A stretch of DNA of 36,531 bases from a virus (taxonomy: Duplodnaviria; Caudoviricetes). Each line of letters starts with the position of its first letter. The stretch's first letter is position 1. A program made the translations under genes and the position numbers. Below are positions 36,323 through 36,531 of the stretch, one piece after another. A model generated the notes under the pieces. The model was given only the letters and a program-made list of their open reading frames with translations. It did no database searches and was not told the DNA's origin. The stretch covers positions 1 through 36,531 of the IMG/VR virus record IMGVR_UViG_3300005805_000226; one strand, 5' to 3'.

Positions 36323-36388
36323 TCGACCTTTAAACCCAAAAAGGTCGAAAAAAATCTTCCGGTAAAAAATGCCCTTATTACTTTTTTG
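36323..36388. repeat. Intergenic element, copy 2
   Basis: TCGACCTTT/AAAGGTCGA hairpin followed by the same tract pattern as 10669-10733. Confidence 0.65.
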
Positions 36389-36394
36389 AAAAGT

Positions 36395-36531
36395 ATGGTT
36401 TATAAAATCTCATACAAAGACCTCAAAGAGGAACCAATCAAAACTACCCCCCAAAATGTTAAAGAAGCAAATGAAGGTTTGTTTTATGCTAAAATGAATC
36501 TTCCAGAAGCAGCAAAACACTGTGGAATGTC
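36395..36531 (+). CDS. Hypothetical protein, partial
   Basis: MVYKISYKDLKEEPIKTTPQNVKEANEGLFYAKMNLPEAAKHCGM..., open to the window end. Confidence 0.7.
   Translation, partial: MVYKISYKDLKEEPIKTTPQNVKEANEGLFYAKMNLPEAAKHCGM

Noticed and set aside
1-36531. tRNA genes, psbD, inteins, or stop-codon reassignment
   Set aside because: None recognised by eye; conserved genes have normal lengths and end at TAA, TAG or TGA. A tRNAscan run would be needed to exclude tRNAs formally.

Overview
A segment of a T4-like cyanomyovirus genome, probably a freshwater S-CRM01-like lineage (inferred from gene content and order). The left part carries two secreted-protein genes transcribed away from psbA. psbA (924-2928, 359 aa after splicing) is split by two group I introns. 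Intron 1 (1103-1825) encodes a single-motif LAGLIDADG endonuclease. Intron 2 (2649-2850) has no ORF and is followed by a free-standing Endo VII/F-CphI-like nuclease. Next come glutaredoxin, speD, thyX flanked by two HNH genes, phoH, an exonuclease, gp33, gp59, a GIY-YIG gene and gp32. The rest is the baseplate/tail module: gp53, gp48, gp2, gp4, a tube-like protein, gp26/gp51, two large tape-measure-like proteins, a hub protein, cp12, gp5 and PA14/fibre proteins. Best leads: (1) the LAGLIDADG intron at psbA nt 179, with its own late promoter inside a hairpin that buries the translation start; (2) a candidate -1 programmed frameshift fusing gp26-like and gp51-like ORFs ahead of the tape-measure-like genes; (3) an unexplained intergenic element present twice, 25.6 kb apart; (4) homing endonuclease genes that appear to have captured the ends or promoter of their neighbours. 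All calls come from reading motifs by eye; no searches were run.
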